Shown here: one piece after another, positions 30,446 through 40,667 of the stretch
Numbering within the stretch: position 1 is the stretch's first letter
How the letters are laid out: every line of letters starts with the position of its first letter
Origin: an uncultured virus (IMG/VR IMGVR_UViG_3300031132_000335)
Taxonomy: Duplodnaviria > Heunggongvirae > Uroviricota > Caudoviricetes
IMG/VR virus record: IMGVR_UViG_3300031132_000335
Strand: one strand, 5' to 3'
Length of the DNA: 64,000 bases
The notes under the pieces: model-generated
What the model was told of the DNA's origin: nothing
What the model saw: the letters and a program-made list of their open reading frames with translations, nothing else
Database searches by the model: none
Made by a program: the position numbers and the translations under genes

Positions 30446-30549
30446 GATGTTCTCCTTGGTTGTTCGGGAGGCTGTTCCTCCCTGATGATACCTACTCTAC
30501 ATGATCAGGGGTGGCATACAACCCCAGACAGGAACTTTTTTCCTGAGAG

Positions 30550-30837
30550 TTAGCGTACAGGCCAGGCCAGAAGCACCTGCATCTGACGGGAAGCCTGCTC
30601 GCGCTCCGCACGGTTCTTCTGAGCGATACGACCCTCAACAAAAACAGTAACCATGAAGACCAGCGCAAGGACCGTAGCCATGAAGCCTGAGACCAGACCA
30701 ACCACCATCATGACTGTGGGGATTGCGAATGCCGTGTCAAACCCCGTGATGATGCGAAGGAGTGCGCCGACAGCTCCAACACTGGCGAGGGAAAGGCCAA
30801 TGAGGAGGAGGGTGAGGTTGAACTTCTTGTCCGTCAT
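30550..30837 (-). CDS. membrane protein
   Basis: Two TM helices. Confidence 0.7.
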   Translation of the reverse strand: MTDKKFNLTLLLIGLSLASVGAVGALLRIITGFDTAFAIPTVMMVVGLVSGFMATVLALVFMVTVFVEGRIAQKNRAEREQASRQMQVLLAWPVR

Positions 30838-30918
30838 GATGAGGAGTCTACTCTCCTCTTCTGGCAAAGCGCAAGGGGCGAACCATATTTTTTGGTTCGC
30901 CCCTTGCGTAGCTCAACG

Positions 30919-31128
30919 TCAGCTGTTTGCCTTCGCCTCAGCCGCCTTGCACTTCGCGCACAGTTCGGCAGTGTTCGGGTTGCCTGCGTACATCAGCTCT
31001 CGGAGACGGAGGATGTAGCGGCGGCAGCCAGACGGCTCACGGTCCTGCGGGAACCAGTGCATCGTGCGAGCGGTTGAGGTCGGGTAGAGCCAGACGCTCG
31101 TGAGGGTGTCATCCAGTTCGGTCGGCAT
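30919..31128 (-). CDS. putative Zn-binding protein
   Basis: H..C..CAKC; AGGAG RBS. Confidence 0.7.
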   Translation of the reverse strand: MPTELDDTLTSVWLYPTSTARTMHWFPQDREPSGCRRYILRLRELMYAGNPNTAELCAKCKAAEAKANS

Positions 31129-31263
31129 GTGCTTCTCCTGTTGTTCGGTGAGTCAGTGGGATCAGGCTATCACAGTAGTGCAGAGGATGTCGTCAGTTCA
31201 ACCAACAGTTCTGTTCCAGCTACGACATCCAGAGTTGTTGAGGCTTATGAAAAAAGACATGAG

Positions 31264-31761
31264 TTAGAGCTGGAAGGTAGCGATGTTGCGGGTGTCAGCG
31301 AATAGCTCACCCCGATGCTCACTTACCACCAGGTTATCCACCAACAGCTTCTGACCTGCGGGAAGTCGTTCATTTTTTGACGGCAGGCTCAGATGAGGTC
31401 GGAAGTTTGCCATTGTGTACTGCGGTTCACCCAAAGCCAACTCATGTTCGGAAGCCAGACGGATGAGAGCTTCATGGAGGTGTTGAGCTGCCTCATGCTC
31501 ATCTACAAGAGTCACGACAGGGATGCTACCATCAGCTCCGAAGAACTCCACCTCGTCGGTCGTCAAAAAGAATGGAATTGTCGTAGCAGCCAGCTCTTCC
31601 AGCTCATGGAGAAACTCATCCAGCTGAGCATCCTGTGGGACTCGGACATAAGCAAGAAAGGTGACATGTGGCGAGTCTTCAACTCGGGTCACGGGATACA
31701 GGTCCGAGAAAAACGCCATGATGAACAAGGTTCTCATGAGCGTCCCTTTCTGGCCTGTCAT
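31264..31761 (-). CDS. 2H phosphoesterase (2'-5' RNA ligase superfamily)
   Basis: Two catalytic motifs PHVTF and FRPHLSL with typical spacing. Confidence 0.8.
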   Translation of the reverse strand: MTGQKGTLMRTLFIMAFFSDLYPVTRVEDSPHVTFLAYVRVPQDAQLDEFLHELEELAATTIPFFLTTDEVEFFGADGSIPVVTLVDEHEAAQHLHEALIRLASEHELALGEPQYTMANFRPHLSLPSKNERLPAGQKLLVDNLVVSEHRGELFADTRNIATFQL

Positions 31762-31764
31762 TGG

Positions 31765-32004
31765 CTACTTGTTGTTGGTGAGGAGCGAGCAGCTGTTCTT
31801 CGCAGCAGGTCCATGCGCCCAGTACACGCCCTGGTGAGCGAACACCTGAACCAGGTACCCGTCGCAGCGGTCGCAGTCCTTCGTTTCAGCACGGTGCGTC
31901 TTCGTGTACTCCGTGTAGTTCTCACGGAACCGCTGCACCATGCCAAGGAGCGCGTCCGACTGGTTTGCAGCTGCGTTCAGGAGCTTCGTGATGTGACTCG
32001 TCAT
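31765..32004 (-). CDS. hypothetical Cys/His protein (leaderless)
   Basis: TAAGCT-7nt-ATG; CDRC..H..C. Confidence 0.65.
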   Translation of the reverse strand: MTSHITKLLNAAANQSDALLGMVQRFRENYTEYTKTHRAETKDCDRCDGYLVQVFAHQGVYWAHGPAAKNSCSLLTNNK

Positions 32005-32102
32005 GCTCATCAGCTTACCCGCTCCGATCAGCTATGTCAACCAAAAAGAACCAGGCTGCAAGTTTTGAGGCTTGCAGCCTGGTTCTTTCTCTTCCTGGTT
32101 TC

Positions 32103-32354
32103 TTACGCGAGGACGGCGAGGGCCTCCTCAGGCGAGGTCGGCAGCTCAGGGAACTGCTCCTGGACCAGGAGGGAGATGGCCGTGGCGATGTTGATGTCTC
32201 CCAGGACGGCCCAGACATGACCACCGATGGTCTGCCCGTCCAGGCTTCCGTGGTCCAAGTTCTGACGCAGCTTGGCAAGCTCGGTCTGCATGGCGTTCGG
32301 GTACATGACGTACGCGGACTGCATGACGTACTCCACAACAGCGTTCTTCTGCAT
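32103..32354 (-). CDS. hypothetical protein
   Basis: AGGAG RBS. Confidence 0.7.
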   Translation of the reverse strand: MQKNAVVEYVMQSAYVMYPNAMQTELAKLRQNLDHGSLDGQTIGGHVWAVLGDINIATAISLLVQEQFPELPTSPEEALAVLA

Positions 32355-32472
32355 GGCAACTCCTGATTTTCTGTGTCTGTGGGGAAGCTTTTGCTTCCGT
32401 AGCACCAAGTGTACTGGTTTAGATCAGCTGGCGCAACCCTCATTTTTTCAGAGGTCACACCAGATGCAAAGC

Positions 32473-32718
32473 TTAGGAAAGGACTGCTTCTCGCTTCTCC
32501 CACTCCTTCTGCTCAGCCTTCTGCTCGGTCACCTTGTGCCAGTACTGCGCGGAGAAGATGACAGAAACGACGAAGAGGGTGCACGGAGGGGCAAGGAACG
32601 TACTTCCCTTCGCAATGAGGATGAGGAACAGGGCAACTGCCAGCAGTGCGAGACCTGCATGGACGAAGATGAGGGTTGTGTTCTTACGAAGCTCCTGCGA
32701 TGCAGAGTTCATGGTCAT
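32473..32718 (-). CDS. membrane protein
   Basis: Two TM helices. Confidence 0.7.
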   Translation of the reverse strand: MTMNSASQELRKNTTLIFVHAGLALLAVALFLILIAKGSTFLAPPCTLFVVSVIFSAQYWHKVTEQKAEQKEWEKREAVLS

Positions 32719-32802
32719 GCTTCCTTTTGAATAAAAGTGGGAGGGGCAGTAAAAAGACAGCGTATCAGAGACTTGTTATCTCGTCAACGCTGTCTGAGTA
32801 TG

Positions 32803-33093
32803 TTAGGACCGAACCAGCGGACGACCCGAGAGCGTAACACCCTCTCGGGCAAGAAGCTCCATGGTCTCCTGCTTGTCAATGAATCCGTGAGTCGCACCAT
32901 ACGTGAGGGCTGCGATACGACCCTCACGAGTGTTCGCATTGTCAACCAGGTACTCCATGGTTTCCACCTTGATAGCGGCCTCCGCTTGGACCTTGCCTGC
33001 CTTCTCCGCTTCACGAGAACCGAAGAAGAGAATCAGGCCAATGCTGAGGAAAAAGACTCCACCGAGGATTGCCACGAAAATGTCTGCGCTCAT
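32803..33093 (-). CDS. membrane-anchored protein
   Basis: Variant leader; N-terminal TM helix. Confidence 0.7.
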   Translation of the reverse strand: MSADIFVAILGGVFFLSIGLILFFGSREAEKAGKVQAEAAIKVETMEYLVDNANTREGRIAALTYGATHGFIDKQETMELLAREGVTLSGRPLVRS

Positions 33094-33316
33094 TGTACTG
33101 TCCTCCAAGTTTATCAGGAGGCTGTTCCTCGCTGATAACTCAACTCTACACGATCAGGGGAGTGATGCAACCCCACACAGGAAGTTTTTCTTGAGAGCTT
33201 GCTGGATCAACCCCCTGATGGAGTGAGTTTGGTGCGCTGGTGGCGTGTCGTAGTTGTCTCACAAGCTGATATGTGATAGGATCACTTGGACCATCATATA
33301 TCAGGAGGTCAATCTC

Positions 33317-33691
33317 ATGGGTATCAACTTCACCGATGCCGTCGCTCTTCTCCGTCTGCTGTCTGTCAACAGTCAGGAGACCTTGCTTCGGCGGGCAGAG
33401 TATGTTCATGAGCGTGCGAAGGAAGGCAAGCTCAGCGCTGGCACCATCACTATCCTTGCGAACTCGCTCACTTGGAAGCAGATTGCCGATGAGACTCTGG
33501 CGCTTCTGGACACCTATGAGGCTACTCACGAAGCTGATGAGCAGGCAGCTCAGGCAACGCTACTGGCTGCGTTCCGCTACAAGGCCACAGAGGCAGCTTT
33601 CCAGAACGATGCAGTTCGTGCAGAGCGATGGCTGAACAACATGAATCTCTTCCACGGCGACAAGACCCCGTACGAAGCAGACTGGATTTGA
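33317..33691 (+). CDS. hypothetical protein
   Basis: AGGAGG RBS. Confidence 0.75.
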   Translation: MGINFTDAVALLRLLSVNSQETLLRRAEYVHERAKEGKLSAGTITILANSLTWKQIADETLALLDTYEATHEADEQAAQATLLAAFRYKATEAAFQNDAVRAERWLNNMNLFHGDKTPYEADWI

Positions 33692-33841
33692 GCGGAGGAG
33701 GGAGCTGCTAACCGCTGGTTCCCTCCTCCTTCTCTGCGAACCTGGCAAAAAGCTGGTAGCTGTTGCACACAGGTGCCTGAGGTGTGCTACGCTGATGTCA
33801 ACAGAGCGGAACAGCCGCTCGAACGCCAGAAGGAGAACATC

Positions 33842-34150
33842 ATGAGCGACATCAGCTTCGCATCGGACAAGCAGCTGGACCTCCGTGCCATCGCCAAGGA
33901 TAAGGCCACGGACGCGGACACCCTCATGCAGCTCTCCAAGAGCAAGGACACCATCCTCATCTACGGCCTGGCTACCAACCCTTCCCTCCCTGAGAAGCTC
34001 ATGGAGAAGTTCGCCAAGCACCGCATCTCCACGGTCCGTGGTTCGGTGGCGAAGAACCCGAACCTCCCGCAGCACCTGTTTGACCTCCTTGCTGCGGACG
34101 ATGACTTCTTCGTGCAGATGAGCGTGAAGGAAGCTCGCGCACGTCGCTGA
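33842..34150 (+). CDS. LRV/HEAT-like repeat protein
   Basis: LATNPSLP, VAKNPNLP repeats. Confidence 0.7.
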   Translation: MSDISFASDKQLDLRAIAKDKATDADTLMQLSKSKDTILIYGLATNPSLPEKLMEKFAKHRISTVRGSVAKNPNLPQHLFDLLAADDDFFVQMSVKEARARR

Positions 34151-34278
34151 GTTCTCTCCGCTCCACTGAGTTCAGCCCTTCACCAAGTGTCACAGGTGGA
34201 GGGCTGAACTGCGTCTCAAAAAGACGAGAATTGAACAGGAGCTGCTATTGTAAAGACGAGACTAAGAAGGAATGTGTG

Positions 34279-34692
34279 ATGAGACGAGACAAGACGCTGC
34301 TGAGTGTGTTGGGAGTGAGTGCCATAGCTCTCATGGGCTTGACTGGTTGTTCCAGCTCCGCGCATGTTCCTCCTGCGTCAGCATCCGTAGCTGAGGTAGC
34401 GAGAGTGTACTTGGATGCTGCGAAGTCAGGTGATTGCACGACGACCAAAGCGTTGACACAGGACAGGACGTTTGCTTGGTGTGATAATCCGAAGCTGCTC
34501 AGCTATAAGATTCTGGGAAAGCCTGTCAAGTACCCTGCAACAAATGGGACTCCTGCAACGGTGGCCGTGAACACTTCTCTTACGAGCAAGGGTACGGACG
34601 AGCAGGAGAACTTCAATGGTATCAAACCTTGGACGTTCTACTTTGTCAAAGGCGCAGCTGGATGGCGTTTGTACGACCAAGGTCAAGGATGA
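34279..34692 (+). CDS. lipoprotein
   Basis: Lipobox LTGC after hydrophobic signal. Confidence 0.75.
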   Translation: MRRDKTLLSVLGVSAIALMGLTGCSSSAHVPPASASVAEVARVYLDAAKSGDCTTTKALTQDRTFAWCDNPKLLSYKILGKPVKYPATNGTPATVAVNTSLTSKGTDEQENFNGIKPWTFYFVKGAAGWRLYDQGQG

Positions 34693-34795
34693 AAACTTAC
34701 CCGTAAAGGGTTGCGTAAAAAGACATCTAATGGTACGCTCAGACCATTAGATGAGTGATAACAGCTCAACCATTATTGCAGAGAAGGAATTCATT

Positions 34796-35113
34796 ATGGC
34801 TACCACGATTGTCACGAAGAACATGCAGGCTCGCATTGACCTTGCCGGCGAGAGCGAGACTCCTGTCATTGTTCTTTCCGCGTTGGCTCAGGACCCCGAG
34901 AAGAGCGTTCGGCGCGCTGCTGCTGGGAACATCAAGCTGACTCCTGTGTCGCTGCACCTGCTGGGTCAGGATGACGAGCCGACGATTCGCGTTCAGGTTG
35001 CGAAGAACATCAGCACTTCTGCGGAGACCATCAATCTGCTCATGCAGGATGAGAGCGCGCTGGTTCGTCAGGCCATCATCTCGGACGAGAACAACCCGTA
35101 CCTGGGCAACTAA
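34796..35113 (+). CDS. LRV/HEAT-like repeat protein
   Basis: LAQDPEKSVRRAAAGN, LGQDDEPTIRVQVAKN repeats. Confidence 0.7.
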   Translation: MATTIVTKNMQARIDLAGESETPVIVLSALAQDPEKSVRRAAAGNIKLTPVSLHLLGQDDEPTIRVQVAKNISTSAETINLLMQDESALVRQAIISDENNPYLGN

Positions 35114-35239
35114 GCAGGTCGCAAGAGAGGGGAGCTACCAGTCTTGGTAGCTCCCCTCTCTTTGGCATTGCTTCTTCTACCTGCTCAAAAAAATGCGCAC
35201 CATCTGAGTCTATCCAGGTGGTGCGCATTTTCATTGAAG

Positions 35240-35488
35240 TCAGTCGCTGGTCATGGCGTACATGATGTGAAGCAAACGACGAGCGTACTCCACGAGTGCT
35301 GGACGTTCCACCGTGTCTACCGTTTCGCGGATGTCAAAGCAGAAGTCAATTTCACTCATCGGACCGAAGATAGCAACCTCTTCCGCTGCTGAAAGGACGA
35401 GAGGGCGAAGTTCGTCGTCAGAAAGACGAGGGGCGTTGTTCAGCTCATTCATCTGCAAGAGCAGGGAGCGCTTCTGGGTGAATTCCAT
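35240..35488 (-). CDS. hypothetical protein (leaderless)
   Basis: TAGACT-6nt-ATG. Confidence 0.65.
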   Translation of the reverse strand: MEFTQKRSLLLQMNELNNAPRLSDDELRPLVLSAAEEVAIFGPMSEIDFCFDIRETVDTVERPALVEYARRLLHIMYAMTSD

Positions 35489-35604
35489 GATCGCAGTCTA
35501 CGCCTCAATCCGCTGAGTGTCAACACCTGTGATAAGAAGTTCTGGAAAAAGACATGGAGGACAACCTGATACATCAGGTTGTCCTCCATAGAAGATGTTG
35601 GTGT

Positions 35605-35862
35605 TCAGGCGGACCGAGCAACCATCCCGCGAACGGTGCTGAGCTTATCCAGCGTGTGCTTGATGTTGCGGTCCAGCATGTCGGGAGCGGTCGCAACGGG
35701 CGAGATGACGAGGTTACGGTTTACGTGGTACAGGTGCTCCTCGTCGTCGGTGGCGGTCATGAGAACGCCAGCAGCGAAAGCGAGAGCGGAGCGCTTTTCC
35801 TGGACCGTCTCAGCACGGACCAGGGTGTTCTCAGCGAAGTCAAAAATTGAGGGAGAAAGCAT
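35605..35862 (-). CDS. hypothetical protein
   Basis: AAGGA RBS. Confidence 0.65.
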   Translation of the reverse strand: MLSPSIFDFAENTLVRAETVQEKRSALAFAAGVLMTATDDEEHLYHVNRNLVISPVATAPDMLDRNIKHTLDKLSTVRGMVARSA

Positions 35863-35973
35863 CAGTATGGTTCCTTACTTCTCGGAGTTGTTGTTCGGGA
35901 GCTTGTTGAGTTCAGCCTACATGGTTGAGACTCTGATCGCAACTACCCCTGTTGAAGTAGTTGGAAGGTGGGA

Positions 35974-36207
35974 TTAGTCCCAGCGGCTAACCCCACGGCT
36001 GCGGAGGTAGGCTTCCCTGTCGCTCAGCGGCGGAAGGCCCTGGGTGGCGCGGGCGCGGTTCGTGTAGTACGTGGCTTCATTCAGCTGTCCCAGGTCAGGA
36101 GCGGGGATGTCCCAGAGCGCGTCCTGGACAACCTCACTTGACGTGCGCGGGTCCTGGAAGTGCAGTTCTGAGTAGTCGGGGGTGGAACGCTTCTTGGTGC
36201 CAAGCAT
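35974..36207 (-). CDS. hypothetical protein
   Basis: Variant cassette leader. Confidence 0.7.
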   Translation of the reverse strand: MLGTKKRSTPDYSELHFQDPRTSSEVVQDALWDIPAPDLGQLNEATYYTNRARATQGLPPLSDREAYLRSRGVSRWD

Positions 36208-36332
36208 GTGAGGCTCCTTCTGAGGTTCAAGGAGGCTGTTCCTCCTTGCTGAACTCAACGTTACCACACCGTGTGCAGATGTGTGCGAACTCCTAGAACT
36301 TTTTCCTGAGAGTTCGTTGGCAAGGTCGGTAC

Positions 36333-36485
36333 TCAGCTTCTGAGGACTACGCCAGTGCTGGCGAAAACACTGTGGCAGTCTCCGCAGATGTGGACACTCA
36401 GGTGTCCTGGTTCCCGTTCACAGGTGCAGGCATCATCTTCAAGCTCATCATCATGGATCAGCCATCGTTCATCGCAGTGTGTCAT
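36333..36485 (-). CDS. 50-aa Cys/His peptide
   Basis: Hand-translated MTHCDERW..CTC..H..HICGDC. Confidence 0.5.
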   Translation of the reverse strand: MTHCDERWLIHDDELEDDACTCEREPGHLSVHICGDCHSVFASTGVVLRS

Positions 36486-36768
36486 TAGGATTCTTTCCAA
36501 GTTGTTGTCCATACAGTATATCAGCCTGGAACCAGCTGCACAAGGGTAGAGTTACACGCAAAGACCACTCTCAGAGCCGCTGTGCGCCGTTTTGAGAGGT
36601 TTTGATGGCTGGCACGCCCTGGCAGACGTTCAGGAGGTCTCAAAGGCTTAGAGAAGCGTACAGCAGGCATAGAGATAATATGCAGACTCTTCTCAGCAAA
36701 AAAGATGTGTACGGATGGCCGAAGCACGTGATACGATGTAGGCAGAACCTAACCGAAGGGATAGAGCA

Positions 36769-36915
36769 ATGCGTGAATACTGGGTCGTCACGGACGACGG
36801 AGTGGAAGTCTCGGGGCCGTACGAGTCCGAGCAGGCAGCGCAGAGCGAGGCAGACTCGCGGCAGGACGAGTGGGACCGCCCGCTCATCGTAACCAACTCA
36901 GACGACGCTTACTGA
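36769..36915 (+). CDS. 48-aa acidic peptide
   Basis: MREYWVVTDDGVEVSGPYESEQAA.. Confidence 0.55.
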   Translation: MREYWVVTDDGVEVSGPYESEQAAQSEADSRQDEWDRPLIVTNSDDAY

Positions 36916-36928
36916 GGAGCGCGGACCT

Positions 36929-37192
36929 ATGAAGAACCTCCTGGCTTTTTTGAAGCCCCGTAGTACCGCGCAGGAGCCTTCCTTTGTTCGCGGTCGTGGG
37001 CTTTCGGGTTTCGCTTTTCACCTGGGACCTGCTGAGACTGGCAAGTGGACCGCACTGTGTGGTGCTGAGATGGTGGAGAAGAAGCCGTACGAGGAAACTC
37101 AGGCAACTGTCCAGGAAGCTCTGAACCGCGGAGTGAAGGACTACTGCCCGAAGTGCTTGGGCAAGTTCCTACCAACGAACTCTGCCGAGTAA
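36929..37192 (+). CDS. putative Zn-binding protein
   Basis: H..ALCG..CPKC; GAGGAG RBS. Confidence 0.7.
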   Translation: MKNLLAFLKPRSTAQEPSFVRGRGLSGFAFHLGPAETGKWTALCGAEMVEKKPYEETQATVQEALNRGVKDYCPKCLGKFLPTNSAE

Positions 37193-37300
37193 TCAAGGGA
37201 GCTACCGAACCTGGTAGCTCCCTCCCTCTTTTTTAAGCCTCATGTAAAAAGACATCCCTTTCCAGAGCTTACTGGGAAGGGATGTCTTTCGTTGGGTGTG

Positions 37301-37714
37301 TCAGTCTTCCTTCTCAGTGGCCTTCTCTGCCTTGTATTCCTCATAGTCTCGCGCTGCTGCTCGTTCTTTGCGACGAATGATAGGCCAAAGGATAGGAAAG
37401 AGGATGACCATGATGACCATAAAGATGGCGTTGAGGACAGGCTGAATCACGGTGTCCAGGAATGTCGGGAAGAGCTTCGGGTCTTCCGCTACTACCAAGC
37501 GGTGATGCTGATGTCTGTACGCACCGCTCAATGCACCCTCAGCAAGGTTCATGTAATGATGCCAGTCTTTTCCTGAAACCTGGCTACGGAGAAACGAGCC
37601 AGTTCCAAACTCAGCTTCGTAGATACCAACAGCAATGCGTTCACGGAGCTGAGCGTATGCATTGGAGTCAACAGGTGGAATGTTTGTCTTCAATGCTTTA
37701 TCGTAGAACTTCAT
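37301..37714 (-). CDS. membrane protein
   Basis: C-terminal TM helix; AAGGA RBS. Confidence 0.65.
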   Translation of the reverse strand: MKFYDKALKTNIPPVDSNAYAQLRERIAVGIYEAEFGTGSFLRSQVSGKDWHHYMNLAEGALSGAYRHQHHRLVVAEDPKLFPTFLDTVIQPVLNAIFMVIMVILFPILWPIIRRKERAAARDYEEYKAEKATEKED

Positions 37715-37791
37715 GCAAATTTTCCTTTTGTAGAATGCAACAGTAAAGGGTAGCACGTCTTTGCTGTACGTGCTACCCTTTACTGTTGAGT

Positions 37792-38217
37792 TCAGCTGAA
37801 CTCGGAGAAAATGTGCTGCTGGATGAGCTTCCACGCCTTCTGCGCGTTCACGTTCGGATGCTGCTCGCAGTCATCAGACCCGTAGTTCTCGCACTCCCAG
37901 TCAGGACAGTTCAGGCTGAACCCGTTGTCATCCGAGATGGTGTACATGAACCCGTTATAGGTGTTCAGCAGATGTGGGGGAGATGGACGAGTTGACGCAA
38001 TCAGGATGCCGTAACCCGCCAAGTAGCTGAGGCTACCGTCTTCGTTACGAGTGATGAAGTAGCACAGGTCCGACTCGCTGTTGACTGCGAACTCCACCCA
38101 GGAGGTCACACCGTCCACGGGATGCTCATCCTTCGTGATGATGACAGCTCCATTCAGCAGCTCGTAGATGGTGTCAAATGCGGCCTGCTGCTCGGTGAGG
38201 GGATGCGTCTTAGTCAT
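37792..38217 (-). CDS. hypothetical protein (leaderless)
   Basis: TACGCT-6nt-ATG; CPDWEC..CEQH. Confidence 0.7.
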   Translation of the reverse strand: MTKTHPLTEQQAAFDTIYELLNGAVIITKDEHPVDGVTSWVEFAVNSESDLCYFITRNEDGSLSYLAGYGILIASTRPSPPHLLNTYNGFMYTISDDNGFSLNCPDWECENYGSDDCEQHPNVNAQKAWKLIQQHIFSEFS

Positions 38218-38388
38218 AGTGTGAGCGTATCACGCCGAGGGAAAGGACAGCAACCTCTTCACAGGAACATGCCAGGCAGCCTCCCAGGGAATCCTCAGAA
38301 GAAAATTTGAGGAAGGGGTTGCACCTGTCAGGGGTGGTGTGTACACTGGACATGTACGCAAAACCCACCTGATGAAAAGGACCACATC

Positions 38389-38901
38389 ATGCTGATGAAG
38401 ACGCTGGCAACCGCCGCTATCCAGAGCGGTATCAAGGCTGCTGCTGCGAACAAGGAAGCACTTGCTCCTGTCGCCATGACGGGCAAGGCTGTTGTCGCAG
38501 TCATCTGGGGAACCATCTGGAAGTCCACCCTGGTTGGGCTGGCAGTGTTCACGCTGTGGGTCGCTTCGTTCTTCTTCACGTACCTCAACACGGGTGATGC
38601 TGTTCTGATGACCCCTGCTGTGTCGTTCCTGATGGGGTTTGCGCTGTTCATGGTAGTTCCGATTGTGACGGCATTTGTTGAGGTTGCTCGGGTGCGGCGG
38701 AAGCTGACCCGTCAGCGTGACAAGGCTCTCGCGGCGCAGACTGCTGCGGTTGAGGCAGCGTTGCAGGATGCGGCTGACTGGGCGCTGGTGCCGTCGCCGC
38801 GTGGTGAGCCGTTCATCGTTCCTGCTGCGGCTGAGGCTGACACGGAGGTTCTGGAACCGCAGGCCACCCGTGAGGATGAGAACGAGGTCGTGTACGGCTG
38901 A
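38389..38901 (+). CDS. membrane protein
   Basis: Two TM helices; AAGGA RBS. Confidence 0.75.
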   Translation: MLMKTLATAAIQSGIKAAAANKEALAPVAMTGKAVVAVIWGTIWKSTLVGLAVFTLWVASFFFTYLNTGDAVLMTPAVSFLMGFALFMVVPIVTAFVEVARVRRKLTRQRDKALAAQTAAVEAALQDAADWALVPSPRGEPFIVPAAAEADTEVLEPQATREDENEVVYG

Positions 38902-39061
38902 GCCGTAACAAGGAGGGGCCAGAGCTGGAAACGGTTCTGGCCCCTCCTTTTGTCTCCGAAAGACGAAAAGATTTGGGCTGCAAGGGGTTGTGCAGCGCTC
39001 GCATTCGTGTAGACTGATGACACCAGAGAGGAACAGCCTCTCAGAATCTCAGGAGAAACCA

Positions 39062-39334
39062 ATGGCTACGAAGTCCCCGATGGCTCCCGTCATCAAGTAC
39101 ATGTCTTTCGTTCTCATCCCGCTGGCGAACATCGCTCTCGCTGCGTTCGCTGTTGCATGCGCTGCACTCGTGTTCACCGCGTTTGGTGGTCACGGCCTGA
39201 ACGTTGCAGCAGTGTTCGGAGCTGTCTGCCTCGTGGCGTTCGTGAGCATGCTCCTGGCGATGCGGTTCGCGTTCCCGCACTCTCGTCGTCAGGGTGTCGC
39301 TGCGGGTCGCGTCAGCCCCATCCGCTTCTTCTAA
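39062..39334 (+). CDS. membrane protein
   Basis: Covariant leader GAGAGG-AACAG-CCTCTC. Confidence 0.75.
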   Translation: MATKSPMAPVIKYMSFVLIPLANIALAAFAVACAALVFTAFGGHGLNVAAVFGAVCLVAFVSMLLAMRFAFPHSRRQGVAAGRVSPIRFF

Positions 39335-39477
39335 CCACAGGGGAGGGCATGGGTTCTGATGCCCTTGTCCTCCCTTTCAAATTTTTTCGCCAGAGTTGTT
39401 GCGCTGACCTTTGGGTTAGTGTAGCGTTGAGTTCATCAGGGAGGAACAGCCTCCCGAACCACTTCAAGGAGAACATC

Positions 39478-39702
39478 ATGCGCATCTTCGGTTTCGGCAA
39501 GAAGCAGACGGTCAAGACGGAGCAGGTCACGATTGCTGACCTTCGTGATGGTGACACGGTTCGTGAGGGTCGCATCATCTCCCAGGTGGTCGCCATCCTC
39601 CCCGCGAACCTGGACACGAACCACGTGACGGTGAACCTCTCAGGCAACCGCCGTTTCCTCGCTCGTGAGGACGAGACGGTCTACCGAGTCCTCGCCGCCT
39701 AA
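39478..39702 (+). CDS. hypothetical protein
   Basis: Cassette leader; MRIFGFGKKQ. Confidence 0.8.
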   Translation: MRIFGFGKKQTVKTEQVTIADLRDGDTVREGRIISQVVAILPANLDTNHVTVNLSGNRRFLAREDETVYRVLAA

Positions 39703-39730
39703 GCATCTGTACGAGAAGAAGGAAAAAGAC

Positions 39731-39889
39731 ATGGGTCCCATCGTCGTCTCCAAGAACCGTCGCAAGAAGCAGTACAAGACAGGCAAAGCTGTGAACGGTG
39801 TCACTGACGGGCAGCAGCGGGTGTTTGAGTCCTACGGGAACAAGAGTCGTCGTGAGATTGCAGCGCTGCGCGAGAAGCTGGGCAAGTAA
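39731..39889 (+). CDS. 52-aa basic peptide
   Basis: AAGGA RBS; MGPIVVSKNRRKKQ. Confidence 0.65.
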   Translation: MGPIVVSKNRRKKQYKTGKAVNGVTDGQQRVFESYGNKSRREIAALREKLGK

Positions 39890-40004
39890 TCGCACATGAG
39901 TGAAGCTGACAGAATCCTGAGTTCTGTCAGCTTCACTCATTTTAGGGTGGCGAATGTCAGAGCAGTATGCTACGATCAATTGACAGCTCCCAAGAAGAGA
40001 GACA

Positions 40005-40583
40005 ATGATGAGCATTTACCAGATTGCACGCGACAATCGTGACGTTGCGGGGTTCTGGCTTGCGTTCCGTAAGGGCGCACCGCACGGTGTAGACGACAAC
40101 GATTTTTACGCGAACGACTTGACCGCATTCCCGACCTACGATGAGGCGTACCTGCACGCTGACCGTGCGCGTATGTCGGTGAAGTACCAGCCGTTCGGCT
40201 TGCAGCTTCGTGAGGCATGGTATGCCAACGAGCGAACCATGCTTCGCTACCGCGCGCCGAACACATACAACACCGAGCTTCGCCGTGGTACGTACCCACG
40301 GGTGAACAAGGTCTCTGGTGTGTGGATTCTGTTCCGCAAGGGCGCACAGTACGGCCCGCACACGCAGTACACGGACGTGATGTTCTTCCCGAGCCGTGCG
40401 CTGATGGAAGAGTACGAGAAGATGCGTCGCCGTGAGGTTGGTTGGAAGCAGGTTGACTGGGACACTCAGTTCCTGCCGTTCGGCATCAGCATGCGGGACG
40501 AGTACTCGCTGAACGACATGCGGGACACGGCAATCGTATCCCCTGACTACAAGTGGGACGTGTTGAAGCACTACACCTGGTAG
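40005..40583 (+). CDS. hypothetical protein
   Basis: Long ORF with phage codon bias. Confidence 0.75.
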   Translation: MMSIYQIARDNRDVAGFWLAFRKGAPHGVDDNDFYANDLTAFPTYDEAYLHADRARMSVKYQPFGLQLREAWYANERTMLRYRAPNTYNTELRRGTYPRVNKVSGVWILFRKGAQYGPHTQYTDVMFFPSRALMEEYEKMRRREVGWKQVDWDTQFLPFGISMRDEYSLNDMRDTAIVSPDYKWDVLKHYTW

Positions 40584-40667
40584 CTCACAGAGAAGGCTCT
40601 CACTCATTACGGGTGAGAGCCTTCCGCATTTCCTCATACATTTTTTGAACACTGGTATCATTGTGGA

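Noticed and set aside
1616..30490. Integron with attC cassettes
   Set aside because: No integrase seen, no R''/R' box structure, and each cassette has its own promoter.
31393..32220. 275-aa + strand ORF (and similar long shadow ORFs at 39957, 58592, 61245)
   Set aside because: Antisense shadows of well-supported genes, common in GC-rich DNA.
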